Below are positions 28,001-41,929 of a stretch of DNA of 64,000 nt, piece by piece. The notes below the pieces were generated by a model. That model ran no database searches, had not been told where the DNA came from, and was given only the letters and a program-made list of their open reading frames with translations. The translations under genes were made by a program, and so were the position numbers. Every line of letters starts with the position of its first letter. Positions within the stretch are counted from its first letter, which is position 1. Source of the stretch: Kudoa neothunni (Eukaryota; Animalia; Cnidaria). The stretch covers positions 3,297,431-3,361,430 of the forward strand of contig OZ199840.1 of NCBI GenBank assembly GCA_964304625.1, written 5' to 3'.

Positions 28001-28886
28001 TTAACCTGCATAAAAACAAAGGCAAAGAAACTAATGGAAGATCAATCAGGTTGCTCCGGATATTCTTATGAAGATTGTCTTGTGGTTGCACTTCTTGATT
28101 GGTTTAAAAGTAAGCATGATACTTTGTCTAATGATTGTAATGAAACGCTAGATGAATTTATAATATTACTTACTGATTCACCTATCTGTTCGTTTTGCCA
28201 GAAAAACATGTATTTTAAAAAGTCAACCGCTCCTAATTCGATAGAAAAAATGAATAGCGCTGAAATTACTGATACCTTTACCTGTGAACAATGTCGTATT
28301 CAACACCGTTTTCCACGTTACATTAATCCCTTATCAATTATCGGTAAATATAAAATTTTACGTTTTAATTTGATTTTTTAAAAAGATACAAAAATTGGTA
28401 ATCGTAAAGAATTTGCGATTGCATTTACGTGTATATGTCGAGTGTTTGATCTACACGTTCGATATGTGGTAGATATCTCTGGTTTCGTTTGGAATGAGGT
28501 TTATTCGAGCAATTTTAAACGATGGATACATGTTGATTGTTGTGAGAATTTCTATGACAAACCACTCATTTATGAGGATGAATGGGGAAAAATCTTTAAA
28601 TGCACCCTAGCCTATTCTTATTCCGAAGTAAAGGATATCACTTACCGTTACACCAAAAATCCCACGACAATTATATACGAGCGGAGCAGGTATTTCAATA
28701 AAATGCTCCAATTTCTCATTAATAATATTAACAATACAGTAATAGATTCACATAAAACTAAATTTATACCTAATGTTCCATGATATGTAGTTAAAGGAGC
28801 GATTTTGTGACAAAGATCGACTGAATTCTTCTGAGATGTCCGCACGTGAAGATATCGAAATGATTTTTCGTGAAAAACAGCCATGA
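25079..28886 (+). CDS. NGLY1: Thioredoxin-like + PUB + transglutaminase-core peptide:N-glycanase homolog, predicted catalytically inactive, no PAW domain
   Basis: Trx fold (YVILFYSRI-NIIV-HEL..ANNFPVLVFLKV..CPES..YNI..VFTDGVRV..LDNKIKSH). PUB domain (RSISLISEEF..GCVNTMLLIGFE). Core: ALLDWFK, CSFC, CEQC, RFPRY, VWNEVYS..RWIHVDCCE..DKPLIYE..WGK, DITYRY. Canonical introns include 25189-25249 and one of ~1.8 kb. Confidence 0.88.
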
Positions 28887-31302
28887 TGAAATGGAAAAAA
28901 AGATTCTTTCTTCAACATAAAAATGATCCTGAATTATCTTAATTTCGAGAAATTTTGATTCTCTCTGATTTTCTGACTGAATAAATATTTCCAAATTGGT
29001 TACAACATTTTTCATTCTAGTATTTTATTTTGTGAGTGTTTTCTTGTTCGGCTTCAAAATAATGTTGAAAATCGTTCCAAAATATTTAATTAGGTATATC
29101 CAGTATTTTTATTCCTAAGATTATTCAGCATTGAAAATATTCCATTGAGATAACAATTTTACTCATAAAACTCGAACTGCACAACGTTGCTTAGGGATGA
29201 TTTCGCCTAGAGACTAGAGACGTTTTTTAATAGCATTCAAAATATATATTAAAGTTTCGAATTAACCCATAGATGAAAAAAAACTAAAAATGTTCATGTG
29301 ACATACTATCAACGATTTGGATTAACCCAATTTAAATTATGATCATTTCTGTGAAGGAAAGTATCAATCCCAGCGTTCATTTTAAAATTTTGTGGACCGG
29401 CACCAACGCCAAATAATTTATTGTCACTGTCATATTTTGTTGCATTTCCAAATTATTTAAATCCTGTCAACCCTCAAATGATCACGCTCAAAAAACTTAC
29501 GCGTGTAACCATGGGGGTACCTGAGGTACCCCCAGAAATTTTCTATGATAGTGATTGTATTTTCTCGCAATTTTTTAAATTTAAAAATAGTACATTTATG
29601 ACTATTAAAAATGATATACGAATAATCAAATCAATAAGGGAATCAATAGGAAATTTCAAGAACGTTTCAATAAGCATTACCAACATAATCTCTTACAATC
29701 AATCTTATGGTTAAGTTATAAGATAGATACAAATATTTCAAATCCTTTTCGATCGGTGGGAAATAAAAAAAATGCCTTCTGGTTATTCTCTTCACAAATA
29801 ATAATAATAATACAAACGGCAATGCGTTCCGTGGGTTACTTACACGGTTGACATCGGTCAACTCTACGTTGATTGGTGGACTATATTGGATCTAATTCAC
29901 TGAACGGAGTAAAAATGTGTTATGGTCCAAGTTTAAGTTAATGTTTATTTTTAGGGTTTTCTTATTAAGTTATATTTTCACAAAATTAGTTTATTCTTTT
30001 CTTCATTCAATTACTTTTGTGCCACAATAAATAATTATTTAAAGATGAATCGAAGTTGCATAATTTAATCCATTGTGATAATATTGCACATAGAGAGAAA
30101 ATATGTATGGGCGTTATAGGACAAATTGAAGCGTAATATTTTAATAAATGATAAAAATTAATGAATATCATAAAAACATATCAACAATATGATACCGCCG
30201 TTAATTATTAAAAACAAGCGCAAAAGCTTCCTTTCCTGGACAAGTAGATTAAAGTCTAAGTAGGGTGAGGTCATTTTAGGTTTAAAGTAAATTATAATTA
30301 TTTTATCGCTCGTTTGAAGACAGTCTTGGTCGAAATAAACAGCATTAACACGATCATCTTTACTTTCTTCTTTATTGAATTTTATTTTTATTTAGAAATC
30401 ATAAGTTCTTACAACTCATGTGGCGTATTAATCACTTCAACTAACCCGTCGATGAACTAACTAATCTAAAAATTTGTTAACACCGTTACATTTAATTATA
30501 ACGTTCTAAAATCATTTTATGTTTATTTGAAAAATATTTAAAACTTTTTATCGATAATTAAACGTGCAAAGTAAATAATTTATTCACGTGTATCAAACTC
30601 CTGTTTAAACAACAAATCTTCGTTTACACCGAGCCTCGCATACGCACGGACGAATGTTGTAATTCGTCTTAAGTACGTTCAAAAGTAGAAAAGAATAAAC
30701 TTTCAAATTTTCAGTTGTATTTAAATACAGAAAATTATAGTTATCTACGCATATCACTCAACTTTTTAACGAATCGCGTGCAGTGGTAATCTCATTATCA
30801 TCAGCGCTAATCTGTTTCCAAAAAATTTAAACTACAAATTCACCTCTTTATAAGAAAGTAGAAAACCCCGTTGTATTTATGTAATTACTTTTGTATTTTT
30901 TAAAGTATACTACGAAACTCAAATAGTCAAAAAAGTCTCTGTATAAGGAGAAGATTTATGCATACACACACGGACACTACTACTTTATATAGTAGGAAGG
31001 ATAGTAGATAGATTAATTCAAAAATATCGACCTCAATACGTTAAATTTAATGGATACTAAGTATAGTTTTAATTTGAAATAATAAAATTATTTTGATGTA
31101 TCATGGAGGTTTACTTATGTCCCAGCTACTACTGGAAAATTTTCAATCTTATTATTATTTTTAACAACGAAAGATATACACGACTCATTGATAATAATAG
31201 TGCGAACCCGATTAAAAACCAAATAATGAAGGTAATTATTCATGAATTATCTAATACAACTGTAATCCATCTTTTCTATTAAGAAGTTGAGTTGACCTGA
31301 AT

Positions 31303-32840
31303 ATGAAGTTTTATTTACCAACCTTCATCCATATTATTTCAATCTTCATACCTCTTTCTTATCTCACTAGTAATTCAACATTATAAAAACCTCATGCTCA
31401 GCAATTTTAGAAAGTACAAAATATGATTTTAGTATTGGAAGGGACCATAGAATACCATTAAGATCATATCCTATAAGATATTATCTTGACACAACAACAG
31501 CTACATGCAAAAAATTTGAATACAAAGGAGCTGGTGGGACTAACTTCAATAATTTCTCGTCGTTAGAGGAATGCAACAAAGAATGTACATATAAACTTTT
31601 TGATCTATATCTATAATGATTTAGTTGAATATGACTATGCGAGCCGCGTTGATGTTTGCACAGATACGAGCATTTCTTCAAGTGAACTTACTGACCATGG
31701 TAGCGACGAATTCAACGTTTGTGGGAAAACACCAATCGAAAGATATTATTACATAAAAAATACCAATACATTAGAATGTAAGAAATATAATTATAAGGGA
31801 TGTAATGAGCCAAAGAATTCGTTTCCAAGTGAAGATGCATGCAAGGGCATGTGTGCAAGTAATGTATTATTCATCTATGCTATATTTAATTAAAAGTAGC
31901 AAAGGACACACCCCTCCAAAAACCCAACAAAGTCGACTGCGATGTGGGAGCTATTTTAACTTCAAATAATGTTAGTGAAACAGAAATCAAGATCGTACGT
32001 GACAAGGAAAAGTCCACCTGTGTCCATGCGATCGTTGATAAAAATCCAAACCTACGAGGTGTATTTAGTTCTTTTACTCAGTGCCAAAAAACATGTCATA
32101 ACAGTATAATATATTAATTAAATAAGATTAATAAGTGAATTTAGTTGATGCTGCAGCAATCAAAAGATGTGAATCTGCCCCATACCAACCAACAACCGAG
32201 GGGCATATAACAACCAAATACTACTACAATTCAACAAATAAATTCTGTATGCAAATGTTGACTGTTGATATTGAAGTAGATTCAACCAAAAATTATTTCG
32301 ATACAGCTGGAGAATGTATTAGTGCCTGCCCTGCTCGTATATTTCTTTTATTATTTATAATTATATAATTTAATGTTTAAAGTTAACGATAATGATACAG
32401 TTGGTACCTTGCCGGATATGCCCACTGTATGCAGCGAACCAAAAGAACCTGGTAACGGAAATGAAGCAAGCACAATGCCAAGATGGTATTACGATGATAC
32501 ACAAAAAGCGTGTAAAAGATTTGCATATACTGGAATTGGTGGAAATATGAATAACTTCGAAAGCGAAGCTCTTTGCAGTTACATTTGCATCGAAGGAGTA
32601 AATGAAATTACTTTACCCGAACCAACAACTACTCCAGCCACTACAACTGAAACTACTACGACTACTACAAATAACGACGATTCTGCATCAAACTCTTCAG
32701 ACGACCAATCTGACCCATCTGACTCATCATCATCTGATGAGTCAGATGATTCCCATAAAAATGAAGATACAGAAAGTGAACACTCAGTTGAAACAGTGGA
32801 GGAACCCGAACAACTGGCTGATGTCCGTCATATGGAATAA
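31303..32840 (+). CDS. Secreted protein with five Kunitz/BPTI-like domains and a Thr-rich/acidic tail
   Basis: Signal peptide MKFYLPTFIHIISIFIPLSYLT. One domain per exon with phase-1 introns. Motifs RYY..CKKFEYKG..NNF..EEC and RWYYD..CKRFAYTG.GGN.NNF..C...C. Confidence 0.88.
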
Positions 32841-34926
32841 CCTTATGCAATTATTACTTCTGAAATAAAATATTTTATTATTTTTATAATTTATTAGTAA
32901 ACTTATTTATTGATAACTTTCTTTTTATAGCGTAGGCATAGATCTAATAATTATATCATTAGGATATTTTCCATTAAATTAGAAATGTTTTTTAAAATAT
33001 TTTAAGCTAAGTTTATATTTTGAATATGCACAATTACTTCTTTTAAAGGCCAGTAGTGCTATAATGAAAGTTTAATTTTATCAAATTATAAAAAATAAAT
33101 TCTAATTATATGTCGTCTTAACGATAACTAGCGCAAAAGCCCCGATTCGTGATGGCTTCCTCGCCCAATCAAAAAGGCTTTAGTCTGGTCCAGGTTTTAG
33201 CCTATTTGATTTCTAAGTAAATAGCGCGGATGCCCATTTGAGTCTGGTACAGTGTGAGGGAAAATTTTAACTTTTAATTTTATTTTTAAAGGAGAAATTT
33301 TACGGGTGAGTTAATTTAATCTGCACTTTAAACCCTGTAAATTTTATTTTTCTATTTTAATTTATGCATTTTAGAGCTTGTCATTATTTTTACAATATGA
33401 TGATTTAGATAAACGAAATTATGCGCACACTTTCTGTTCAAATATAAATAGAGGTATGGAGAGAAATTAATGGGTAATTTTAACTGTATTTTACAATTGA
33501 CCAAAACTATGATGAACTTAATTTAAGAGAAATGTAATTAGCGATTAAAGTTCAGCTATTTATGAAATAAAATCATTAAGTAATTTAAATAGGACTTTGA
33601 GTTATTTTAAAAATTTTGCGATAAAAATTAATCTGTCTAATTATAAAATTTACTATTAGTCTACAAACGATAAAAAAATAAAATCAACCTAAGGTGCGTC
33701 AGAAACAAAAATATTAATTGTTACTCCTTTTTCGCAATTTTATAATGATGCCAATGATTTTTTAAAAGCTGTGAGCGGTAACTTACGTGTTCACTATTGT
33801 AATAAAATTTCACGATGTATAAATAAATCCAACCTTGCTTTTTATCAAGAATATTTACTGGTTCAAAAATATACGCATTTAATTAACAAAATACGATTAA
33901 ATCAAAAATGTAAAGGTGTTTTTGGTTTGAAAAATTACAATAATGCTTAAATATTAACTGGTTTTTTGAAGGAGGGCACCCTTTTAAAAATCAACGTATT
34001 GTTTGATTGTCCCAAAAACATTTCTTCATATTGAACTATTTCAGATTAACGAAAATTTCGTGAAAATATCGGTTAGATCGAATAGATCAATAATTTCTTA
34101 TTAACTTACATGGCACGTATTGGAGGGGACTGTATTTTGTGCAAAAGTAATCGTGAATATTAATTCTTAAACTACGTATATAATGAGATGTCGCATATTT
34201 TCATCCAACTTTTATATCATAATGAATTATTTTTAGCGATAAGAAAATTATTTATTGACTTGAATATTAACCATAAGGTCTGGGGCAAGGAATAATTAGG
34301 TTACTAAGAATTTAAACATTATTTAAAAAATTATCTCATCTATTATAAACTTATCGAATTAGTTATGCCAGTTTTTTTGCACGAAAGTTTAGGAAAACCA
34401 AAAAATTAGTAAATACTTATCGAAAGACATATATAGTTTCAATCTCAATCGATATATTTGATAAAAAGAAATTTTCACATCTCAAGAATTCCAATGGAGC
34501 ATAATTTTCTTTGAGAAGTTATCACAAAAATTTAATTATTTGAAAACTCTACTCACTTCTTACATCGTTTTTAGAATGCGTATAGAGACCCAAATTATTC
34601 CAACATAGAAACAATTTTAATCTCGAATTATGTGTTTTATTTAAAATGATCATAAGTCTTTTTGCTTAAAATGTTTCTTTAGTGTTTGAAAAATGAATCT
34701 GTATCTAAAATAATTAGGTTATGACATAAACTTTAAAGAAAATGCCACATCTCTTGTAAATCTGATGTTAATAGTTTTATTTGTCTTGAAATTACTCCGA
34801 ACAGGCATAAGTAAAATTTTTAGAATATTCTATACCACAATTAAGAAATTCTTTTTCTATATAATGAGTAAAAATCTATTTTAATTCGGCTATCACTCCG
34901 AAGTAAACCAATATCAATATTATGCA

Positions 34927-36987
34927 CAGTGTTGCCAACGATGTCCGATTTTTCTCTCACGCTTAATTTTGAAATGGCCGGCGCATCAAAAAACATTATA
35001 ATAAAACCAGCCATTTGTCGTGCATTTAAATAAAAATGGAAAACTAATAGATCTTGGCTTCAGTACGAGAAATCTTCAAATAGATGTTTTCGTAGTTGGT
35101 ATAATACTTCATTTCAGCTTAAAGTATCAGCAGTTGAAGATCATGAAAGTTATAAATATTAACAACAACAATAATTATATTTCTGCTTTAGATTCTAAGA
35201 GATTTATCAATATTAAATCTAGAATGAACTCACCAAAAATATATGAAAACAAACATGTTTTCAGATCAAAAACATCTGTTAATACCAAAATATCAGAAAT
35301 ACGATTTTCGGCATCAATTGCCATACATACTCCTATTGTAGCTGCGGACCATTTAGGAATTATTATGAAGCAGGTTATGTGTACAAATACAGACTTCAAA
35401 TCTTGAAAAGGACTTTAATGTTCATCGCACCAAATGTTCTGCTATCATCAATAATATATATGAACTAATTTTTACATATTTTATTTTTATTTAAGGTAAC
35501 ATCAAAATCAATCAAGATGAAATTGAAATATGACTTAGAGGTTCAACCATTTTCAATTTTAATTGATGAATGGCCAGACAAATATAAAACCTCACTTGGG
35601 CATAGTCGTTTTATTCTATTCTTCTGTGAAGAAAACAGTTGTAACTCGACTGCTTAAAATTAAGGAAATTGAAAGAACAGGCGCAGAAACTATTTTTAAC
35701 AGCCTTGATAGCTCGATTGCATCATTTGGACTAAACTACAAGAATTTAATAGGATATGGATCTGATGGAGTTTCTGTTATGACCGGGATAAATAATAGTG
35801 TTTGGACTCGAATACTTAACAAAAATCCAAATGTAACTTGGTTTACTTGTATATGCCATTCGCTCAACAAAGCTGCTGAAGAAGCGTTTTCTGAACTTCC
35901 ACTAAACATAAGTGGTATTTTGAAAACTTTGTTGAGTCCTCCGTTTCAGATAACCTTGATGACGTAAATCCTCCCTTTAAAATGTACACTCAAATAAGAT
36001 GGCTTTGTAGAAGTGAAATAATTGAGCGCCTGATCAATAATTGGGACATTTTTGTTCAATATTTTACAAGTATCTTACCCGAACTTAAAGCTAATCAAAA
36101 ATATCAAGCACAAGTTATCCTTGACCCCCGAAAAAATACTGAGTATAAGAAGCTGTTCATTTTTGTCTCCCATTATAAAACTACTGGAGGAAAAAAATAA
36201 GCCATTTCAGATGAAATTTATTGATCCATATATTGCAACTGAATAAGTTAATTTATTGGTGAAATCTTTCAATTCTAGATTGTATTATCATTTGAAACAG
36301 TCAAAACACTTAAATGAAATCGATTATGGCTTTAAATTCATAGAATTAATTCCACAATTGGATACTAAAATCTTGGCAAAGAGATGTCTTGAAAAAATAT
36401 AGTGAATTAAGCGCTAGGGTTTTTAATTCATACGAGCATATCAAAAAAGTTATTTTTTTAAAACCAACCTACATATTAAATCCAAACATTAAACCTCAAT
36501 TTCATATGTTTCCAGATAATTCATTTAAGAACGAATTTGCTGATCAAGAATACAGACTAATTAACGAAGTTAATTGGAATCAATTTCTAGGGTGCGATGA
36601 CGTTACAAAGTTGAGTTCACTCGAATTTTGGAGTAAAGTTTCTGAACATAGTGACTTTAATTCAATTGGAAAATATTGCATTTCATTTATTTTACTTCCC
36701 CTAAGCAACGCTTTCACAGAGAGAATATTTCCGTCTGCTGGAGCTATCAAGATTATCAGGAGAAATAAAATGTTGTGTTCGACACTGGATAGCCTGGTCC
36801 GAATAAGAGAATTCTTCAATACATCAACTCACTGTTGCCATAATTTGATGTTACTGAAACAATGTTAAATTTGCATAACATTAATATGTATAATTAGATA
36901 TTTTTTGGTTTATTGATAAATTGTTCCATTTGCCCGAATTTCCTGGCAAAAATTTTGCCGAATGTCCGATTAGGGTTGGCAGCGCTA
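34927..36987 (+). mobile_element. hAT DNA transposon, defective
   Basis: TIRs CAGTGTTGCCAAC / GTTGGCAGCGCTA, with ATGTCCGATT subterminal repeats at both ends. Transposase motifs SILIDE, GYGSDG..MTG, CICHSLN, RWL and LPLSNAFTERIF. Frameshifted. Confidence 0.88.
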
Positions 36988-37932
36988 ATTTCTTCCATAT
37001 TTAAATATCTTGGGAAATACGACACTGCGTGATTAGAATGATTTTAAAGTTGAGCAGATGATATTTCATCAGGCCTATTCAAGGTAGCTTCCATCAATTC
37101 ATCTGTACCTGTGGGCGTTTTTCTTTGGATAATCGATTTTACGGTATTGGTGTAGTACACGGTTACGAAAATTCGACCTCATAGCGTTCTCATTTTTTAC
37201 GATTTTGTTACAGATCGTTATTATTAGATTTTGAAAATGGTGGAGCGAAAAATTCTTTTTAAATTTACAATTCTACAATTTGTTAAAAATTCGACCTTAA
37301 TCCTCATTATGTTAGTGTAAGCAAAATTATGTCAACGATCGGTTTTTTAATTAGTTGTTTTTAATTAATTTAATAGTTCGTTTGGATTATTTTAAAAATT
37401 TAATGTATTTAATAATTTTTTCATGTCATTTTGAGTTGCACTGAATCATCCTCTCTACATCTTAACTTAAGTGAATTTGAAGTATGAAGAAAGCTTACAA
37501 TATCAGATGAAAGTCATCTATAATATTTTTACTAAATAATCACCATTTATGAATAATTTTTAATTTATAAATTTTTTATGACATTTTTATTTCCTATTTC
37601 TGAAGCTATTGAATTATTTTTGCTGAAAGATTCGTTGGAGTTTTTGTAATCAAAATATGTTTCATCATTTATTGTTTTATTTTGTAGATTATTATTAGAA
37701 AAATATCTTAGGCCAAAATTTACATTATTTTGCCGTGCAAAACCTATTCAAGGTCGTGAATTCAATGTTCATTATATTTCTTATGTTTTAGTTTATTCTT
37801 AGTATGTAACCTTATTCATTCAATGCGTGATATTTGTTTAAAAATAATATAATCCTTTAAAAATCATGTAGCTTTAAAATTTTTACTTTATTTAGATTTT
37901 TTCCGTAATTATAAATGTAACCGTTGTATTAA

Positions 37933-40318
37933 CTCTTAAACACACCTCCTGGAGGTCCCGTAAACATTAACCCTGGGCTCTTGGAGCTCAGGGATTAGCT
38001 TACGTCGGACACAGTATTAAATTTTATCTTAAATTAACTCTTCTACTACTAGTAGGTCTCATTATATATGATATATAAACAGAAATAGAATATTTAAACG
38101 TAGTAAGATAAACTATACCATTTTACATAACAACAAAAAATATTATATTGTTTCCTATTATTAAAATGTATTTATTCGGTGTCAGCTTAAATTTATTTGT
38201 ATTTTAATCAACATTCGTATTATGTTAGTTAGCAAAATTAATAATTATTTATTTTAAATTCATTTCTACTATATGTTCCAACCGTTATAAACTTCACATA
38301 GCGTTCAATAAAAAACCATAGGCAACAGATATGTTTAAATTATTTTTGTTGTGGGTCACAGTTTAAACAAATAATGTTTTTTTTTGAATGTTCATTACAA
38401 ACACTTCGATCACATAAGTGACGGACTTGCTTGTTTCTACTACAATACTGATAGGAGGACACAAACGACATCGCTTTCTTTGATTATTTTCTTGGTTTTC
38501 TACTGGAGGATCAGTTTCTTTGTTAAATTCGAAACCAACTGTCTCCATTATTCTTTTAACAGCAGGCTGGTATGAAACAAATGAAATTTTATATCTCCAT
38601 TCCTGTTCGGGCTTAATAAATGATATGGACAAATCCATGAGAAATTGTTGGTAACGATTTGACTTGTTTGTGTCACAATAATCGGGATTGCCATGAATAA
38701 AGACAACAAATGCATTGAACGCAGCTATACCAAATATTTGACAAAATACTGCAAACGGCAGTCGTCTACATTTTCATTTACATGTGTACATGGAAACGCA
38801 TTGATCCAAAGTGTCAACGTCACATTTCTATACATTATAATCCAAAATTGCTGTTTTTTTAATAAGGTACTCCCAACTAACGCTTGGGGTACGATGCTCC
38901 GAAGAAAGAATTATTACAGCCTTGTTTTTCCTCGGTACGTATGAAATTAGGGTAAATGACTTATAGAAACCAAATAATGACGAAAATATCTTTCGAGAGT
39001 TGGTTGGTTGAAATTCAAGTGGAATAATTGTTCGACATTTGCGTACCGTGCCAAGAATGGACGTTTTTCTTTCTCGTAGATATAGAGCTAGCTTCTGGGA
39101 ATTGAAATGATTATCACATGTAACAGTTCTTCCCGAGTCCAAAAAATGTTGAGTCAAGTCAATGACAACTTTAAAACTCAGATTTGTTTCACGGCAATCA
39201 TAAATTTTACCCATGTAAGGTAAAACATTGAATAAGTAACGTATTTGACTATCACATACCATCCAAAATTTTAACCCATATTTGGAAGATTTTTTTGGAA
39301 TATAAACAAGAAATGATACACACACTCGGAACGGATATAGTTGTTCATCTACGGGAAAATTAGGTCAAAAAATGTAACTGTTACTACAGATTTCAGAACA
39401 ATTTCCAAACAGTTTATGGATGGGGAAAAATTTAGCACCTGAACTTGAGAACTTTTTAAGCTTCCAATATTCATCAAAGCGTAAGCAATTCAAGATTTTT
39501 TGAAATCTCATTCACTCATCATGGCGCGAAATAATTGTCTTCCGTGAAGTTCATGCCTGAGAACCCTGGTACTCTCTAGGTTTGATTTATTGACACCAGC
39601 CAATAACAACAATTCTAAGATAGCTTTTAATTTGATGCAATCTAGGCGTTTCCACGAATCATTATATTTTTCAAGACCTTTACGGTTTATGAACGATAAA
39701 ATTTCTTCGAGCATTTCCTCTTATAAGATGCGAAAATGAGCTCGATATAGTTGTTGTGTCCAATGTTTCAATAGGTTTTCCATCCTCTAGGTCATTATCG
39801 ATAATATTTTGGTTGGCAGTTCGTCCAGGTATGGATTTTGGAGACCAGACTAAAGATTCGTCTTTTGAAATATAAGAAATGGAACCTGTATTATATTAAT
39901 CCATTAGGGTGCATTCGTTTGTAGTATCAATATCATCTATAAATAGAAATATAATGCAAAATCCTTCAAAATTGAAATCACTCAATAATTTAGCATTACA
40001 TAATTTAGGTTCTTATTCAATCAGCAATAACTTTTCCGTTTCACCTGAGAATATACTTTCTGCGTTAGATCAAGCCATTATTGCTCGACAATACAATGTG
40101 GTGGGAAAATCCTGTTAATATTTGCGATAAAAAGGGCCGGATTTGTTATTTGTTTACTTAATAATAAGCTTGCATGTATCTCAAACAGCTTAATATGCTG
40201 GGAAACAATTTTTTACGACTTGATGTGAAATCCGAGGTAAAAATGATTAAAATTGATGAATTTAAAGCGAGTTTTATTTGGAAGTGGGCTCTTGGAGCCC
40301 AGAGATAATGTTTAAGGG
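37933..40318 (-). mobile_element. Full-length but defective piggyBac (PGBD4-like) transposon
   Basis: TTAA at 37929-37932 and at 40319-40322. Termini CTCTTAAACA / TGTTTAAGGG. Transposase motifs VDEQL, YIPKKSSKYGLK, VTCDNHF, GTVRK and GVDTLDQ, plus C-terminal KRCRLCP. Confidence 0.92.
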
Positions 40319-40479
40319 TTAATTTTGATTTATTAGTCATTTTCTCATAATAAATTTAAGTAAATCATTATTTGCATTAAGGTAAATTCATTATTTCAAT
40401 ATATAAATTAATTAACTTCATTGCTAACATTTTCTTAAATTTATTACGCGAATATAAACATTGTTCAATAATTTCAATA

Positions 40480-41700
40480 ATATTCATTCATGTTTTCAAA
40501 AAGATTGTGTAATAGTTGGAACTTATTTCCATGTATTGAACGAAGCCATTCTTACTGTAAATAGCTCTCAAATTTGGTATCACTTACTCCTCTTTTGATT
40601 CTCCATATTTTAAGTTTCAACTGACCCCCACAGGATTCTATTGTATTTGAGTGCTTACCGTTAATGCAGTAACCTAATGAATGATTAATAGTAACATGAG
40701 TGTAACTCAATTCATTCAATTTTTGATAGGCTTTCCATTTGTAACTGTAGATCGTAGTAACCTTGATAACTTCGTTTTAAATTATAGGAAGTAATGTTTC
40801 CTTATTCCTTCTTTCAACCTTAAAATATCTGGCCAACTTAAGTTGCTTTTTTTCCGTGGCCATCGACAGAGCATAAGCGTAGGCCAAAGACCCGCTGACC
40901 ATCAATCCTATCACCGTATTTTTCGTGACACAAACAAAGGGTTAATTAATTTTTAGAAGGTAAGATTAAAAACATATATACATATGTCCTCCTCGGATAA
41001 TTCTTCATCATTTGATTGATATTCATTAGTACTGCTATTTATATAAAAATAATCTAGTTAACCTTTTCGCATGTAATACTCGATACATCGGAGTTATGAG
41101 ACAAGATTTCCTTATTTACAGAATACTTCCATTGTCTCCTTTAGGATATCTGTCTCTGTTATTTTTTCGCTTCCAATGAAGCAAGTTTTCGTCGATTTCG
41201 ACTTCAAATCCTTCTCAGTCAAACGGTCTCCTATCCTTAAAGGCGCTCGAACAAATATATCGTACATTTTTAAACCAGTTTATCCCCGTAACTTTGGATA
41301 TATGTACCAATGATCATGTGGAATCTATTGTATTATTCATACAACATTAATAAATTACCTTATTATCTGTTTTACGGTTATTTTATAACTTTTTTCGGCA
41401 CCTCCCAAAAGAAAATATCTTTAAGGGGTGAGACATTGGTTTTACAGCTATTATTTATTTAAAAAGTATAAAATTGAATTATTTTATTACTTTCTACATA
41501 CATAAATAGTCCTCTTTAATAGTGGTTTCTTTCCTATTATTTCTTCTGGAAACATAGAACGAATTGTGACATCTACAATTTCTACATCTCGTTGGAATTC
41601 TATTTATGAGTTTTTTCGAACAAAGAAAATCGAACAGAAGATCGCTATTATTAATTAACACAAAAAACTGATCGTCACTGTCAACATTAACCACTGTGAA
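40480..41700 (-). mobile_element. Merlin (ISXO2/IS1595-like) transposase remnant
   Basis: EVEIDE near 41190, WKAY..L..Y.HVTINHS near 40700, H.NTIES near 40640 and an N-terminal CxxC. Boundaries approximate. Confidence 0.75.
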
Positions 41701-41929
41701 TATATACGATTTAAAAAGCTCTCACTACACTCCAACTTTATCTCAAACAATGAAATACTAAAATATAGTAATATTTAAAAAAGTCAACCCTTGATAACAG
41801 TTGAAAAAGCTAAATTACGAAGTCCTATCGAATTAAATGCAAGTAAAAAGGCGCCCCAATTAATTCACTGAAAGTCAACTCAGTTCCAAATACACAAAAT
41901 GAGGACTAAGGTCGAATTTTCGTAACCGT

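Noticed and set aside
34919-36995. 8-bp target-site duplication of the hAT element
   Set aside because: The flanks ATTATGCA and ATTTCTTC do not match well enough.
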